Notes under the pieces: generated by a model
What the model was told of the DNA's origin: nothing
The model's input: the letters and a program-made list of their open reading frames with translations, nothing else
The model's database searches: none
Translations under genes and position numbers: made by a program
Source: an uncultured Gammaproteobacteria bacterium
GTDB taxonomy: Bacteria; Pseudomonadota; Gammaproteobacteria; SZUA-229
Length of the DNA: 64,000 bases
Reading direction: 5' to 3'
Assembly: GCA_963803185.1 (NCBI GenBank)
Contig: CAWDMF010000023.1
Coordinates: forward strand, 14,034 to 78,033
Part shown: positions 35,272-46,332 of the stretch, piece by piece
How the letters are laid out: each line of letters starts with the position of its first letter
Numbering within the stretch: position 1 is the stretch's first letter

Positions 35272-36144
35272 TCACGGGGCCAGTCGGGCAGTACCCAGTT
35301 GTACACCTAACGGACCGCGCGGTACGGTAAAGCTATAAATTTCACCATTTCGATATATGTTGATAGGAACAAATTCGCCCAGCTGACCTTCGGTGGTCGC
35401 ATCTTTAAGTTCCTGCCAGCTAAACATGCGTTTATTATCATAACTTAAAACAACATCACCTTTTTGTAAACCAGATTGTTCCGCTGCAGAACCCAACATA
35501 ACGGATGCAATTTTAATGCGATTATTTTGCTTAGTCGCGTACAGATATTCATCATATCTTTCATCACCTAACTCTTCTCTTAAGTTGACATCCTGCTGGT
35601 TGATATTCTCCAGCTCATCATAATACCGTTGTGTGTTTAAGTAGTTATCTCTTTTAGCCCGATCCTGCAATTCAAGCCTTTTTAATTCAATACTGTTTTT
35701 TCTACGGACAATATCTTCAGCTACAGGTGTGGCGATACCTCCTTTTATTAAACTCTCAAGGTTATACTGCCGCTGAGGGAGATATGAAAGTGAGGGCTTC
35801 CCGGTTATTTTTACTGGATTTATTGAACTGGGTGCCGTCTCTGGCATGGTCGCTAATACCTGCTTAATTTCTTTTAGTTGCAGTTTAATTTGAGATAATT
35901 CATCATCAAAATAATCAAGACGATTACGATCTACATTATTGTTAATAGCAGGATTGCTATGATCAGGATTATCCTTTTTTTCTACAAAAGGGTTGGCCCT
36001 GGAAAGGCTATCAGTTACTTTTTTTTCATTATTGTTTTTTGAAACGAAATTATTCTTATTTGTATTTTCACCAAAAATAATATAAGCAGAAATAAAACCA
36101 ATCAATAGAAATACGACGGGGATTATTATGCTATTTTTCTGCAT
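35272..36144 (-). CDS. Membrane-anchored PDZ-domain protein
   Basis: N-terminal TM, a coiled-coil-like middle, and a C-terminal PDZ (GSAAEQSGLQKGDVVLSYDNKRM...). Confidence 0.65.
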   Translation of the reverse strand: MQKNSIIIPVVFLLIGFISAYIIFGENTNKNNFVSKNNNEKKVTDSLSRANPFVEKKDNPDHSNPAINNNVDRNRLDYFDDELSQIKLQLKEIKQVLATMPETAPSSINPVKITGKPSLSYLPQRQYNLESLIKGGIATPVAEDIVRRKNSIELKRLELQDRAKRDNYLNTQRYYDELENINQQDVNLREELGDERYDEYLYATKQNNRIKIASVMLGSAAEQSGLQKGDVVLSYDNKRMFSWQELKDATTEGQLGEFVPINIYRNGEIYSFTVPRGPLGVQLGTARLAP

Positions 36145-36186
36145 GATGGGCCTGGGTATTTATTTCGTATGAATCATTACCGATAA

Positions 36187-37497
36187 TCAGGTATTATTTT
36201 TTGAACGGTCTTTTTCAGACGGTTTTCTTCGTTTGCCAATATTTTTTTTATCTCGTAATCTCTTTTTTATTTTGCTTTTTTCTTTTTTTGCCGGTTTCAA
36301 TTTTTTTCTTTTTGCACCATAAGCTTTACCTGAAGTCTTTTTATTTTCTGGCCCTTTAAATTTTGCAGCAAGTGATTTGATTTTAAGCTCAGTACATTCA
36401 ACCTGTAAAAAATTTTCAATACCAATCATTTTGTTCCATTCCTGAGAATTAACAAGTGTAATCGATGTCCCGGTATCAAACATCCTTCCCGTGCGGCCAA
36501 TACGGTGCATATAATCTTCAGCATTACGGGGCACATTAAAATTAACAATCAAATCGAGGTCATTTATATCCAGGCCGCGTGATGCAACATCTGTTGCAAC
36601 GATAATATTAATGTCGTTATTTCTAAATTTTCGCAACATATCGTTGCGCCTATCCTGTTCGACATCACTATGTAGAACCGCCGATTTTATGTTTTTTGAC
36701 TGTAACCAGCCACTTATTCTGTTCACCGTTTCTTTTTTATTGGCAAAGACGATAGCTTTTGTATAGTTAATATGCTGTTCTTCTATACTAAGAAGATGTT
36801 GACAGATATCAAGCTTATGTTCATCATTATCTGCAAGCATTTTATGCTGCTTGATGTTCTGATTATTTTCCCTGGCACTATGAATCAGGATTTTTTCTGC
36901 TTCGAATAAAATAATATCCGTCAGGTCTTTAAATTTATTTTCATTAAAACTGGCGGAGAAAAGCAGTGTTTGGCACTCTTCATTGCACTGACCTGCAATG
37001 CTTATCACTTCATCACTAAAGCCCATATCAAGCATTCGGTCTGCTTCATCTATTACTAATATACTGATTGCATCAAGGTCGATAACTTCACGTTTAACAT
37101 GTTCTAATAAACGTCCAGGTGTCGCAACGATGATGTCCGGGTAGCGTTGCAATGCTTTTAACTGGTGTTTAGGGTCTTCACCTCCGATAATAATAGCGGT
37201 TTTAATTTCTGTATATTGCGAGAGTAAACTACATTGTTTATTGATCTGGCGGCATAATTCTCGCGTTGGAGCCAAAATTAAAGCCTGCGTCACACTTTGC
37301 GGGTTATCCAGTATTTGTTGCAGTATGGGTAAAACATAAGCCAGCGTTTTACCGCTACCTGTTTTTGCATTAACAATCAGGTCTTTTCCTGCAAGCGCCT
37401 GGGGAATTGCAGTGGCCTGAACCTCTGTCATTTTCTCAAAGCCGAGAAATGCAAGTGCATTCAGCAGTGGTTCATCAAGTGATAGTTTAGAAAACAA
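36187..37497 (-). CDS. DEAD-box ATP-dependent RNA helicase (SrmB-like) with a Lys-rich tail
   Basis: AKTGSGKT, DEAD, SAS and HRIGRTGR motifs; TTG start. Confidence 0.85.
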   Translation of the reverse strand: MFSKLSLDEPLLNALAFLGFEKMTEVQATAIPQALAGKDLIVNAKTGSGKTLAYVLPILQQILDNPQSVTQALILAPTRELCRQINKQCSLLSQYTEIKTAIIIGGEDPKHQLKALQRYPDIIVATPGRLLEHVKREVIDLDAISILVIDEADRMLDMGFSDEVISIAGQCNEECQTLLFSASFNENKFKDLTDIILFEAEKILIHSARENNQNIKQHKMLADNDEHKLDICQHLLSIEEQHINYTKAIVFANKKETVNRISGWLQSKNIKSAVLHSDVEQDRRNDMLRKFRNNDINIIVATDVASRGLDINDLDLIVNFNVPRNAEDYMHRIGRTGRMFDTGTSITLVNSQEWNKMIGIENFLQVECTELKIKSLAAKFKGPENKKTSGKAYGAKRKKLKPAKKEKSKIKKRLRDKKNIGKRRKPSEKDRSKNNT

Positions 37498-37908
37498 AGC
37501 GATACCTATGTTACAGTCGGGTAAGTAAATAACTTAAAAAAGCCACCGATTAATTATATAACATCTCTGGCTCGCCGAGAGATTATAAATATCATGAGGA
37601 TCATTAATTATTATCTGATAGGGGTCACTAAAAACACCTGGTGATTGATAAACAGTATTCATTTTGCGAAACACCCAAAACGCCATATCTCACCTCTGCA
37701 GCAACAACGAGTTAAATCACTTGCTACCTATGTGTTCGCTTTCAGGCATGCGGTAATACAATGAGTAGCATGCATTGGACTGAAATAGATTTAATTGAAG
37801 CAGCCGTAGTGGTACCGATAGGCGTTGACGGCATTATGCAGTTGCAGGAGCAGGGGTTCAGTTATATCAGTTTGTAGTCAGGAGTAGTAGTTAAAAGCAA
37901 TATAAGCT

Positions 37909-38081
37909 CTTCACCGCCGAGACGCAGAGAAATCTTTTTTGTTTTTTTGGTTCAACTGATTTAGTCAAGTTTAACTACAGTCAATTTCCGCAGAGTACAA
38001 AAAAATAGTACCAGCACTACCGAATAAGAAACATGTTAATTATTTCTCTCTGCGACTCGGCGGTAAAATGTTTTAACTTTT
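37909..38081. repeat. Intergenic palindromic element, copy B (CCGAGACGCAGAG words)
   Basis: cttcaccgccgagacgcagagaaat pairs with atttctctctgcgactcggcggtaaa. The right flank is atgttttaactttt. Confidence 0.8.
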
Positions 38082-38090
38082 ATACGGCCT

Positions 38091-40985
38091 CTATGTTGCA
38101 ACAATAACGCGTACCGCATCCAGCCTCAAATTTGCTGCATCGATAACGTCTGTTAGCATCGATAATTGCTTCTCAAAATGGTTGATTTCATCTGCACGAA
38201 TATTAGGATTTACATTAGATAGTGCTTTCAACCTGTTGATTTCAGTGCTTAATGTTTCTGTAGCATACTGCTGTGCCTGCTGTAAAATCTTTGCTGATTT
38301 CAACTCTGCAAATTTTTCACTGCGCTGCAACATGGCTTTGAGAATTTTTTTCTTTGCTTTGACGATCTTATTGCCGACACCGCTATCAACCAGCTGACGG
38401 CTGGTATTAATCATTTCATGTGACAATTTGATATTATGATCAGCGCCGCGTTCATCACACACCACGCGGATCATCGTTGGTGGCAAATAACGGTTACTTT
38501 GCAGTTCTTCAATGGGAGCACTCTCTACAGAGAACAGGCACTCAAGCAAAACACTGCCGGCCGGAACCGCTTTATAGTCAGTTGCGGTCACCGAGGTATT
38601 GCCCATTTCATTGCTAAGTACCATGTCGATGGCATTGTTTGTTAATGGGTGCTCCCAGGTGATGTAATGCGCATCTTCAAAACTCAGCGCGATGTTTCGG
38701 TCATAGGTGATGGTCAATCCATCTTCTGCCAGCCCCGGGAATTTTGTAATCATATGCTCGGTAGGGGTGATAATGAAACAGCCTTCGCTGTGCAATTCAT
38801 TATCAATGCCAAAACAGTCATAAACCTTATCCATATAATCGGCAAGCTGCGATGTATTATCTTCATCCACAGCGCGTTGTTTTATGTTCTCTGCCATAAC
38901 CGGGCGGCATGAATTGTATTCAAGCAAACGGTCGCGGCCACGCTGCAATGACTGGCTTAATTCCTGATAATGTGTTGTTGACTGCTTTATTAATGACTCG
39001 AGCAATTTGTTTTCCTTAGCTTCTGGATACGAGCTATTGAGTGCTTTATATAATTCATGCTGAACACGTTTATAAACTGAGTGTCCCGCAGGGCAGGTGT
39101 GCTCAAAGGCCTGCAGTGCTTCGTGATACCAGCGATAGCAGGTCTCCTGTGCGGTATTTTTTAAATAAGGGACATGGATACTGATGGTTTTTGTCTGGCC
39201 AATCCTGTCCAGCCGGCCAATTCGTTGTTCTAATAGATCGGGATTTACCGGCAGGTCGAACAAAACCAGGTGATGCGCAAACTGAAAATTACGTCCTTCG
39301 CTACCGATCTCTGAGCAAACCAGTATCTGGCTACCGGTTTCAAAGTCAGCAAAAAAAGCGGCCGCGCGGTCTCGCTCGATAATACTCAGCCCTTCATGGA
39401 AAGCAGTGGCATGTAAACCGGTTTGTGTTTTAAAAAATTGTGTTATTTCCAGTGCCGTGTTTGCATTTGCAGCAATAACTAAAATCTTTTGCGGATTTAA
39501 TTCGGCACATTTTTTACTTAACCAGTTAATACGTGGGTCAATTTGTGTCCAGTGCTTAGCTTGCTCTTGCTGCTGGTACACAACCTCCGGCTGTAATAAA
39601 GGGCATGTTAATTCATCTGTTTCATTTTTATTTAATTGTTGATACTGTTCTGGTGGGTCCAATGGGTATGCATAAAGCTCTCTATCGGGAAAACCTTTTA
39701 CAGCTGATCGCGTATTCCTGAATAAAACACGGCCGGTACCATGTCGATCGAGCAGGTGCTCAACCAGTTCGATACGCGCCTGATGTGTTACCTCAGCATC
39801 CTGATTATCATCATCAAGCAGATGCAGTAGAGATAAATTATCACCCTCAGCAATCGTTGTTTCGATTAAAGTAATATCATCAGGGCTAAGTGATTTATTG
39901 TTTAATAAATCTTCTATAACCTGCGCATAAGGTTCGTAGTTTTCTTCTTCATCAATAAATTGTTGAAAATCAGGAAAACGATTTGGGTCAAGCAATCGTA
40001 GTCGGGCAAAATGACTTTCTTTGCCCAGCTGTTCAGGTGTTGCTGTCAGCAGCAACACGCCCTTAGTATGGTAACTAAGCTGCTCCACAACCATATATTC
40101 AATACTGGGCTCTTCGGCAGACCATTGTAAATGGTGGGCTTCATCCACCACCATCAGGTCCCATTCAGCCATCACACATTGTTCAAAAACATTTGCTTGA
40201 CTGACTAAAAAATCAATGCTGCACAAAACAAACTGTTCTGCAAAAAAAATGTTTTCAAAGTTATTTTCAGCGAATAGATCATCACAACGATTTTGATCAA
40301 AAATTTTAAAGTGCAGGTTAAAACGGCGTAACATCTCCACCAGCCATTGATGGATTAATGTCTCAGGCACAACAATTAAAATACGCTGGGCACGTTCCGT
40401 TAAAATTTGATGATGTAAAATTAAACCCGCTTCAATGGTTTTTCCCAGACCCACTTCATCTGCCAGCAGCACACGTGGCGCATAGCGGTTGGCCACTTCA
40501 TGAGCAATATATAACTGGTGCGCTATTAAACTGGTGCGGCTACCAATCAATCCATATAAATCTGATTTTGCCAGACGATTTTTGTGATACAGCGTCTGAT
40601 AGCGCAATTCAAACCAGTTGTCTTTATCAATCTGACCATTAAATAAACGCTCGGAAGGACGATTTAACTGAATAAAATTATCCAGTTCAGCCTCTTCAAT
40701 TTGATGATAGTTACCGCTACTGTCTGTACCCGAGTATCGAATAAGACCGTGATTTTCTGTAATTTCTTTGATACTTATTGTTATACCTTCATGGCTGCTG
40801 ATATTATCGCCAATAGAGAACAAAACACGTGTTAGCGGGGCGCTTTGTTTAGCATAAGTGCGGGTTTCACCCGTTGCCATAAACAGCACAGTTAAGGTAC
40901 GTTCCTCTACTGAGAGAATAGTGCCGAGGCCCAATTGTAGTTCAGCATCGCTAATGCAGCGTTGACCGGAGATAAAGTCAGCCAT
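38091..40985 (-). CDS. rapA: RNA polymerase-associated SWI2/SNF2 ATPase RapA (HepA)
   Basis: The N-terminus GQRCISDAELQLGLGTILSVEERTLTVLF is collinear with E. coli RapA. It also has DEVGLGKTIEAG, DEAHHL and helicase C motifs. Confidence 0.9.
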   Translation of the reverse strand: MADFISGQRCISDAELQLGLGTILSVEERTLTVLFMATGETRTYAKQSAPLTRVLFSIGDNISSHEGITISIKEITENHGLIRYSGTDSSGNYHQIEEAELDNFIQLNRPSERLFNGQIDKDNWFELRYQTLYHKNRLAKSDLYGLIGSRTSLIAHQLYIAHEVANRYAPRVLLADEVGLGKTIEAGLILHHQILTERAQRILIVVPETLIHQWLVEMLRRFNLHFKIFDQNRCDDLFAENNFENIFFAEQFVLCSIDFLVSQANVFEQCVMAEWDLMVVDEAHHLQWSAEEPSIEYMVVEQLSYHTKGVLLLTATPEQLGKESHFARLRLLDPNRFPDFQQFIDEEENYEPYAQVIEDLLNNKSLSPDDITLIETTIAEGDNLSLLHLLDDDNQDAEVTHQARIELVEHLLDRHGTGRVLFRNTRSAVKGFPDRELYAYPLDPPEQYQQLNKNETDELTCPLLQPEVVYQQQEQAKHWTQIDPRINWLSKKCAELNPQKILVIAANANTALEITQFFKTQTGLHATAFHEGLSIIERDRAAAFFADFETGSQILVCSEIGSEGRNFQFAHHLVLFDLPVNPDLLEQRIGRLDRIGQTKTISIHVPYLKNTAQETCYRWYHEALQAFEHTCPAGHSVYKRVQHELYKALNSSYPEAKENKLLESLIKQSTTHYQELSQSLQRGRDRLLEYNSCRPVMAENIKQRAVDEDNTSQLADYMDKVYDCFGIDNELHSEGCFIITPTEHMITKFPGLAEDGLTITYDRNIALSFEDAHYITWEHPLTNNAIDMVLSNEMGNTSVTATDYKAVPAGSVLLECLFSVESAPIEELQSNRYLPPTMIRVVCDERGADHNIKLSHEMINTSRQLVDSGVGNKIVKAKKKILKAMLQRSEKFAELKSAKILQQAQQYATETLSTEINRLKALSNVNPNIRADEINHFEKQLSMLTDVIDAANLRLDAVRVIVAT

Positions 40986-41137
40986 GATTGTTGTTTTTAA
41001 TTTAGATATTATTGGCGATATTTTATGTCAGATTGGAGTGGTTTCGTATAGTTGTTATTGGGTATGGTAGCTTAATATTTGCTACTAGTTATGTTATTGC
41101 TTTGTCTCGTAGTTTTACATTTACGACTGCATTTTAG

Positions 41138-41697
41138 TTAGGCTTGCGGGTCTCGCCCCGCTGGCGAGTTACTCTTTGTCTACAGCCACAAAGAGTAACC
41201 AGAAAAGGCCGCCACAATTCGTTCGCCCCGAGAAAAGCGCTCGGAGTTCCTGATTTCTCTAGTATTGCCTACGAGCACGTCCTGATGCGCCATCCAGGCG
41301 CACAGGACATATTCGCCATCCATGGCGAATACCCATGACTAACAATACTGGACGAATTCAGCAACTGAAAGAGGGACTAAAACAAGAGTAAACAAAAGCA
41401 AAAAATTAAAAAAAGCTGGGTTTTAAACACAAGCTTTAGATTTGTTCTTCTGTTGTTGACTTTGACTTGCCCACCTCAGCAAGCCATTGAATCCGGGTTG
41501 TTATCAGGGCCTTCTGTGCCAGCGATGTCTGAGCGTTTGTTCTGCGAGTTCTGGCGCGCATGATGACGAGCTCGTAGGCAAACTGAGAACTCAGTGAACC
41601 TCTGCAGGGCGTAGCTGTGTGGCGGCCTTTTCTGGTTACTCTTTTGGGCTGTAGCAAAAGAGTAACTCGCCAGCGGGGCGAGACCCGCAATGCCTAA
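41138..41697. repeat. Two REP-like structured repeat copies in inverted orientation
   Basis: The ~80-nt shared module ttgcgggtctcgccccgctggcgagttactcttt..ctacagcc..aaagagtaaccagaaaaggccgccaca occurs at 41144.. (+) and 41690.. (-). Each copy contains several hairpins. ORFs 41144..41338 and 41436..41690 (MRVSPRWRVTL...) are artefacts of the repeat. Confidence 0.8.
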
Positions 41698-41748
41698 TTA
41701 AAGGCACACTGTAAATACCAAACAACTCACAATGTAACAACAAAAACA

Positions 41749-42486
41749 TCAATACAAATTCCACAATGCCAACCCACTAACAACCGCCAGCATTGCGCCA
41801 ATAACCCGCTTAAACACAACATCATTCCGTAAAATCATCTCATGCGTTCGTAAACCAATATAATGCCCAACAGCCGCAACCGGTAATAATACAATCGCTG
41901 TAACAACATTTAAATCAACGCCAAGCGCCGCAAACGTCGTCATTTTTATGGTGACTAAAATAAACCAGAGTACAAAGAGTGTATTGCGTAGTTGCGACTG
42001 AATAACATTACGGATATATACCGCCACCATTATTGGTGCACCTGTTAATGAAGTGCCTGCAACATAACCACCAAAGATCAGTAATAATTTATCAAGCCAT
42101 TTGCTTTCACTATGGATAGTTTTATTAAGCAGCCACATCAGGGCATAAAACAGGGTAATGCTATATATAAAAGTCACTATCCACAGATTAGGCAAATTTA
42201 CCAATCCAAGAACCCCGATTAAAGCAGGGGGAATAATGTAAAACAAGGATGATTTTAAATATTCCCAATTAACATTGTTTAACCGGGTACGTAATGTTAA
42301 AGCTGAAAAAAATAGTAAATGTGTACCAATAATCGGTAACCAGTAAATCGGCTTATCATAAACAAACAGCATGAAAGGCAGGCCCAGAGCAGCACCGCCA
42401 AATCCAAGTCCGCTGCGAACAAAACCGGCCCACATAAACAGCAGGCCGGTAAAAACTATTTCAAGTGTGGAGAAGTCGGGGAACAC
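41749..42486 (-). CDS. TauE/SafE-family anion (sulfite) exporter
   Basis: A multi-TM protein with duplicated GxGGG-type segments (GLGFGGAALGLPFM); GTG start. Confidence 0.7.
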   Translation of the reverse strand: MFPDFSTLEIVFTGLLFMWAGFVRSGLGFGGAALGLPFMLFVYDKPIYWLPIIGTHLLFFSALTLRTRLNNVNWEYLKSSLFYIIPPALIGVLGLVNLPNLWIVTFIYSITLFYALMWLLNKTIHSESKWLDKLLLIFGGYVAGTSLTGAPIMVAVYIRNVIQSQLRNTLFVLWFILVTIKMTTFAALGVDLNVVTAIVLLPVAAVGHYIGLRTHEMILRNDVVFKRVIGAMLAVVSGLALWNLY

Positions 42487-42509
42487 TTAAGCAACAACTC
42501 ATTCAATTA

Positions 42510-43841
42510 TTAACTAAAATGCTCTTTGGTTAATTTAAATACTACAGGGCTTAATAATATCAATGCAATCAAGTTAGGTATTGCCATCAGCGCATTTAAA
42601 GTGTCTGCAATTAACCAGATAAAATCCAGGCTTGCAGTGGCACCAACAGGTACCGCCATAATCCATAAAACCCTGAACGGCTTAATGCCACGTTCACCAA
42701 TTAAATACTCAACACATTTCTCGCTATAAAAACTCCAGCCAAGAATCGTGGTAAAAGCAAAAACACACAGGCCGATGGTCACTATATAACCACCAATACC
42801 CGGTAATGCCGATTCAAAGGCCGCAGAGGACAAACTTGCCCCGGTTTCCCCTTGTTTCCAGACACCGCTAGAAATAATAACCAGGCCGGTAATAGAACAA
42901 ATTATGATGGTATCTATAAAGGTACCCAGCATGGCAATGTTTCCCTGTTGCACCGGGCTATTCGTACTGGCTGCTGCATGTGCAATGGGAGCGCTGCCTA
43001 AACCTGCTTCGTTTGAAAAAATGCCACGTGCTACGCCAAAGCGTATTGCCGCCCATACTGCGGCACCGGCAAAACCACCGGTAGCAGCCACGGGGGTAAA
43101 GGCATGGGTAAAAATTAGCGAAAAGGCGTGCGGCAATGTTTCTATATTAATAAGCAAAATAAACAAACCGGCAGAAACATATGTTATTGCCATCAAGGGA
43201 ACGAGTTTACCCGCGACACAGGCAATTCGTTCAATGCCACCAATTAATACCATTGCTGCCAATACAGCTATGATTAAACCTGTAACTATGTGCGGCACTG
43301 CAAAGGTATTATTAATCACATCGGCAACAGAATTTGCCTGAATGGTATTGCCAATACCAAAACCGGCAACGGCACCAAATACAGCAAAGCAGGTACCTAA
43401 CCAGGCCCAGTGTGATTTCAGGCCATTTTTGATATAAAACATGGGGCCGCCAATATGGTGGCCAGCGTTATCGACTTCTCGATATTTAACCGCCAGAACG
43501 GCTTCAGAATATTTGGTGGCCATACCGACCAGTGCGGTACACCACATCCAGAATAATGCGCCGGGGCCGCCAAGGAATATTGCTGTCGCCACCCCGGCAA
43601 TATTACCAGTCCCTATTGTTGCTGATAATGAAGTCATCAGGGCGTTAAATGGCGCGATATCACCTTCACCTTTTTTCTGCCTGCTTTGCCAGAGCAATTT
43701 GAAACTGTAGCCGATACGTTTTAATGGCATGAAGGACAGACCAACCATCAAATACAGCCCGGCACCCAGTATAAGTAGTAGCATCAGTGGTCCCCAAACG
43801 AGACCATTAATGGTGGAAATTAGCTCATTCAAAAATTGCAT
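42510..43841 (-). CDS. Alanine/glycine:sodium symporter (AGCS family)
   Basis: Full-length AGCS-like polytopic protein (…FNALMTSLSATIGTGNIAGVATAI…). Confidence 0.85.
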   Translation of the reverse strand: MQFLNELISTINGLVWGPLMLLLILGAGLYLMVGLSFMPLKRIGYSFKLLWQSRQKKGEGDIAPFNALMTSLSATIGTGNIAGVATAIFLGGPGALFWMWCTALVGMATKYSEAVLAVKYREVDNAGHHIGGPMFYIKNGLKSHWAWLGTCFAVFGAVAGFGIGNTIQANSVADVINNTFAVPHIVTGLIIAVLAAMVLIGGIERIACVAGKLVPLMAITYVSAGLFILLINIETLPHAFSLIFTHAFTPVAATGGFAGAAVWAAIRFGVARGIFSNEAGLGSAPIAHAAASTNSPVQQGNIAMLGTFIDTIIICSITGLVIISSGVWKQGETGASLSSAAFESALPGIGGYIVTIGLCVFAFTTILGWSFYSEKCVEYLIGERGIKPFRVLWIMAVPVGATASLDFIWLIADTLNALMAIPNLIALILLSPVVFKLTKEHFS

Positions 43842-43975
43842 GTCATTTTTATTATTATGTGGCTTCGAAAACGTCTGAATGATAACAGTTTACTGAACAT
43901 TTTTTTATCTGCGCATAATCAGGTAAAATTCTGTATATTTGATGGCTTTCCGGCCAAATAAACAGGAACACTACT

Positions 43976-44983
43976 ATGTCACCCGCTGCACTGCCGCAAA
44001 TTGTAGTCTCTGCGCTATATCATTTTGTCAGACTCGATGATTATCAGTCACTACGCCAACCACTGTATGATTTCATGATAGAACATGAAATCAGAGGTAC
44101 CTTATTGCTGGCAGGCGAAGGTATCAATGGTACCGTTGCCGGTTCTAAACACGCTATCGATAAGCTTCATCACTGGTTACGTTCTGATAAACGTCTTAAA
44201 GACCTGAGAACAAAAGAGTCTTTTGATAACACCATGCCATTTTACCGGACCCGGGTAAAATTAAAAAAAGAAATTGTTACCATGGGAATACAGGGCATTG
44301 ATCCCAACCAGGTGGTCGGCACTTACGTCAAAGCCGAGGACTGGAATCAGTTGATTTCTGACCCGGATATGGTGCTTGTTGATACCCGTAATGACTATGA
44401 AGTTGCCATTGGCACTTTCAAAAATGCAATAAATCCTGAAACTGAAACATTCCGCCAGTTTCCGGACTATGTAAAAAACAATTTGAACCCGGGAAAACAC
44501 AAAAAGGTGGCAATGTTTTGCACCGGCGGCATACGCTGTGAAAAATCAACAGCGTATCTGAAAGAGCAGGGCTTTGAACAGGTATATCATTTACAGGGCG
44601 GTATTTTAAAATACCTGGAAACCGTATCGGCAGAAGAGTCTCTTTGGGATGGTGAGTGTTTTGTTTTTGATAATCGAGTCAGCGTTAACCATCAACTGGA
44701 AAAAGGCAGCTATGATCAATGCCATGCCTGCCGTTTACCGATTACTGAAGATGATAAAAATAGTAATAAATATGAACCCGGTGTCAGCTGTCCTGGCTGT
44801 TATGATAAAAAATCAGAACAGCAGCGTAAACGCTTTGCCGAACGAGAGCGGCAGGTACAACTGGCTAAATCACGCGGTGAACAGCATCTTGGCTCTGACG
44901 TTAACTTAATCAGCCAACGTCGTAAACACGTAAAAGATGCTTTGCGCGAAGCGAACCGGCGATCACACGTTAAACACAGGTAA
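43976..44983 (+). CDS. trhO: Rhodanese-domain tRNA U34 hydroxylase TrhO (YceA/UPF0176)
   Basis: LYHFV...[17 protein letters not shown] and the active-site [11 protein letters not shown]. Confidence 0.85.
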   Translation: MSPAALPQIVVSALYHFVRLDDYQSLRQPLYDFMIEHEIRGTLLLAGEGINGTVAGSKHAIDKLHHWLRSDKRLKDLRTKESFDNTMPFYRTRVKLKKEIVTMGIQGIDPNQVVGTYVKAEDWNQLISDPDMVLVDTRNDYEVAIGTFKNAINPETETFRQFPDYVKNNLNPGKHKKVAMFCTGGIRCEKSTAYLKEQGFEQVYHLQGGILKYLETVSAEESLWDGECFVFDNRVSVNHQLEKGSYDQCHACRLPITEDDKNSNKYEPGVSCPGCYDKKSEQQRKRFAERERQVQLAKSRGEQHLGSDVNLISQRRKHVKDALREANRRSHVKHR

Positions 44984-44991
44984 GGTTTTAA

Positions 44992-45252
44992 ATGTCATTA
45001 GAAGTATTATTTGGCTGGATGGCCTCCTTACTGTGTACGCTGATCCTGGTGCCACAAATTTTTAAAGCATTGAAAACACGTCATACCGATGATATTTCCA
45101 TGCTTATGCTTTTATTATCGGTGTCAGGTAATGCTTTTTGGGTCGCGCATGCTTCGATTACACAAAACATCCCCTTGTTCGTTGGCGCAAGTTTTATCAG
45201 CTTAATGAGTATCATGCTGATTATTTTTAAATTTAAATACGATACAAAATAA
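44992..45252 (+). CDS. SemiSWEET / PQ-loop small transporter
   Basis: 86 aa, three TM helices, PQ motif LVPQIFKALKTR. Confidence 0.65.
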   Translation: MSLEVLFGWMASLLCTLILVPQIFKALKTRHTDDISMLMLLLSVSGNAFWVAHASITQNIPLFVGASFISLMSIMLIIFKFKYDTK

Positions 45253-45256
45253 TACT

Positions 45257-45898
45257 GTGGATACTCCTGTATTATATAGCTTCAGACGCTGTCCTTATTG
45301 CATGCGCGCGCATATGGCGTTGAAATACTCAGGCCTGAAAGTGGAACTGCGCGAAGTTGATTTAAAAAACATGCCGGATGAAGCGCTGCTAAAATCAGCA
45401 AAAGCCACCGTTCCTATTTTAGTTTTAGCTGACGGCTCTATCATTGATGAAAGCTGGGACATTATGAAATGGGCGCTCGCACAGAATGATCCTGACAACT
45501 GGCTGGATGAGGCAAACGACAATTTACTCGCTGCTGAAATTCTAACCGAAACAAATGACTTTTCATTCAAGGCTGACCTGGATCATTATAAATACGCAAA
45601 CCGCTATCCTGAACATACCGAAGAGTACTATCGCGTAGCGTGTGAAGAATTCATCGAAGAACTCGAAGACATGCTTACAGAAAACAAATTTCTGCTGACC
45701 AATAAACTAACTTTAGCAGATATCAGTGTTTTTCCTTTTGTAAGACAATTTTCACTGGTTAATAAGGCGTGGTTTAACCAGGCGCCATATCCAAAAGTGC
45801 AGAGATGGTTAGACACTTTAATAAATTCAGATTTATTTCAGCATATATTCCAGAAACATGATGTATGGAAGGCTGGCAGCTCTGCAATTTATATATAA
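45257..45898 (+). CDS. Glutathione S-transferase / glutaredoxin-2-like protein
   Basis: N-terminal thioredoxin-like YSFRRCPYCMRAHMAL...TVPILVL and a helical GST C-domain; GTG start. Confidence 0.7.
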   Translation: MDTPVLYSFRRCPYCMRAHMALKYSGLKVELREVDLKNMPDEALLKSAKATVPILVLADGSIIDESWDIMKWALAQNDPDNWLDEANDNLLAAEILTETNDFSFKADLDHYKYANRYPEHTEEYYRVACEEFIEELEDMLTENKFLLTNKLTLADISVFPFVRQFSLVNKAWFNQAPYPKVQRWLDTLINSDLFQHIFQKHDVWKAGSSAIYI

Positions 45899-45918
45899 CC
45901 AAACTATTTTTTTATCTA

Positions 45919-46332
45919 ATGGTTTTTAAAATAAGCGCCCCCTTTGAAAGTGAACGAAAAATATCGCAATCGGTTATTCAGGTAATCGAATTGCTTGGCA
46001 TGTACCATGCTGAACTTGCTCGTGTACTAGGACAGCAATGTGGTGATATAGGTGAATTAACATCAGGGAAAAGCTGCATAAAGAAAGATAGCGAAGCCTG
46101 GACTCAGGCAGTACTGTTTATCAATATGTACCACCAATTATTTGATTATTTTGCAGGTGACGGTGTTGCCATGTATCACTGGATGCGGGCACACAACAAA
46201 CAGTTAAACGGCACACCGCATTTCCTCATTGTTGATGACAATAAGTTACAGGCCATTCATGACTACCTTTCCCTGGCAAATAAACCAGATCTTACTACCA
46301 TAACCGCAACTACCCCTTTATCCAGCCGCTGA
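45919..46332 (+). CDS. Xre/MbcA/ParS-type antitoxin-like protein (DUF2384 toxin-binding domain)
   Basis: W..AVLFINMYHQLFDYFAGDGVAMYHWMRAHNKQLNGTPHFLI matches the DUF2384 pattern. The ATG at 45919 avoids overlap with the GST gene. Confidence 0.6.
   Translation: MVFKISAPFESERKISQSVIQVIELLGMYHAELARVLGQQCGDIGELTSGKSCIKKDSEAWTQAVLFINMYHQLFDYFAGDGVAMYHWMRAHNKQLNGTPHFLIVDDNKLQAIHDYLSLANKPDLTTITATTPLSSR

Noticed and set aside
37761-37877. 39-aa ORF (MSSMHWTEIDLIEAAVVVPIGVDGIMQLQEQGFSYISL) in the helicase-rapA intergenic region.
   Set aside because: It has no recognisable SD or homology, and it is too short to support from sequence alone. I left it unannotated.
41144-41690. Two ORFs starting MRVSPRWRVTL… (41144..41338 on + and 41436..41690 on -) that look like paralogues.
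   Set aside because: The similarity is confined to the shared ~80-nt repeat module and then diverges. Both start with TTG inside a hairpin-rich repeat, so they are translation artefacts.
42904-43341. 145-aa ORF antisense to the AGCS symporter gene. There are similar long antisense ORFs, for example at 1753..2097, 31191..31532, 33443..33820, 54107..54448 and 55010..55372.
   Set aside because: Each is fully embedded opposite a well-supported gene, has mirror-image composition, and has no start context. These are typical shadow ORFs.
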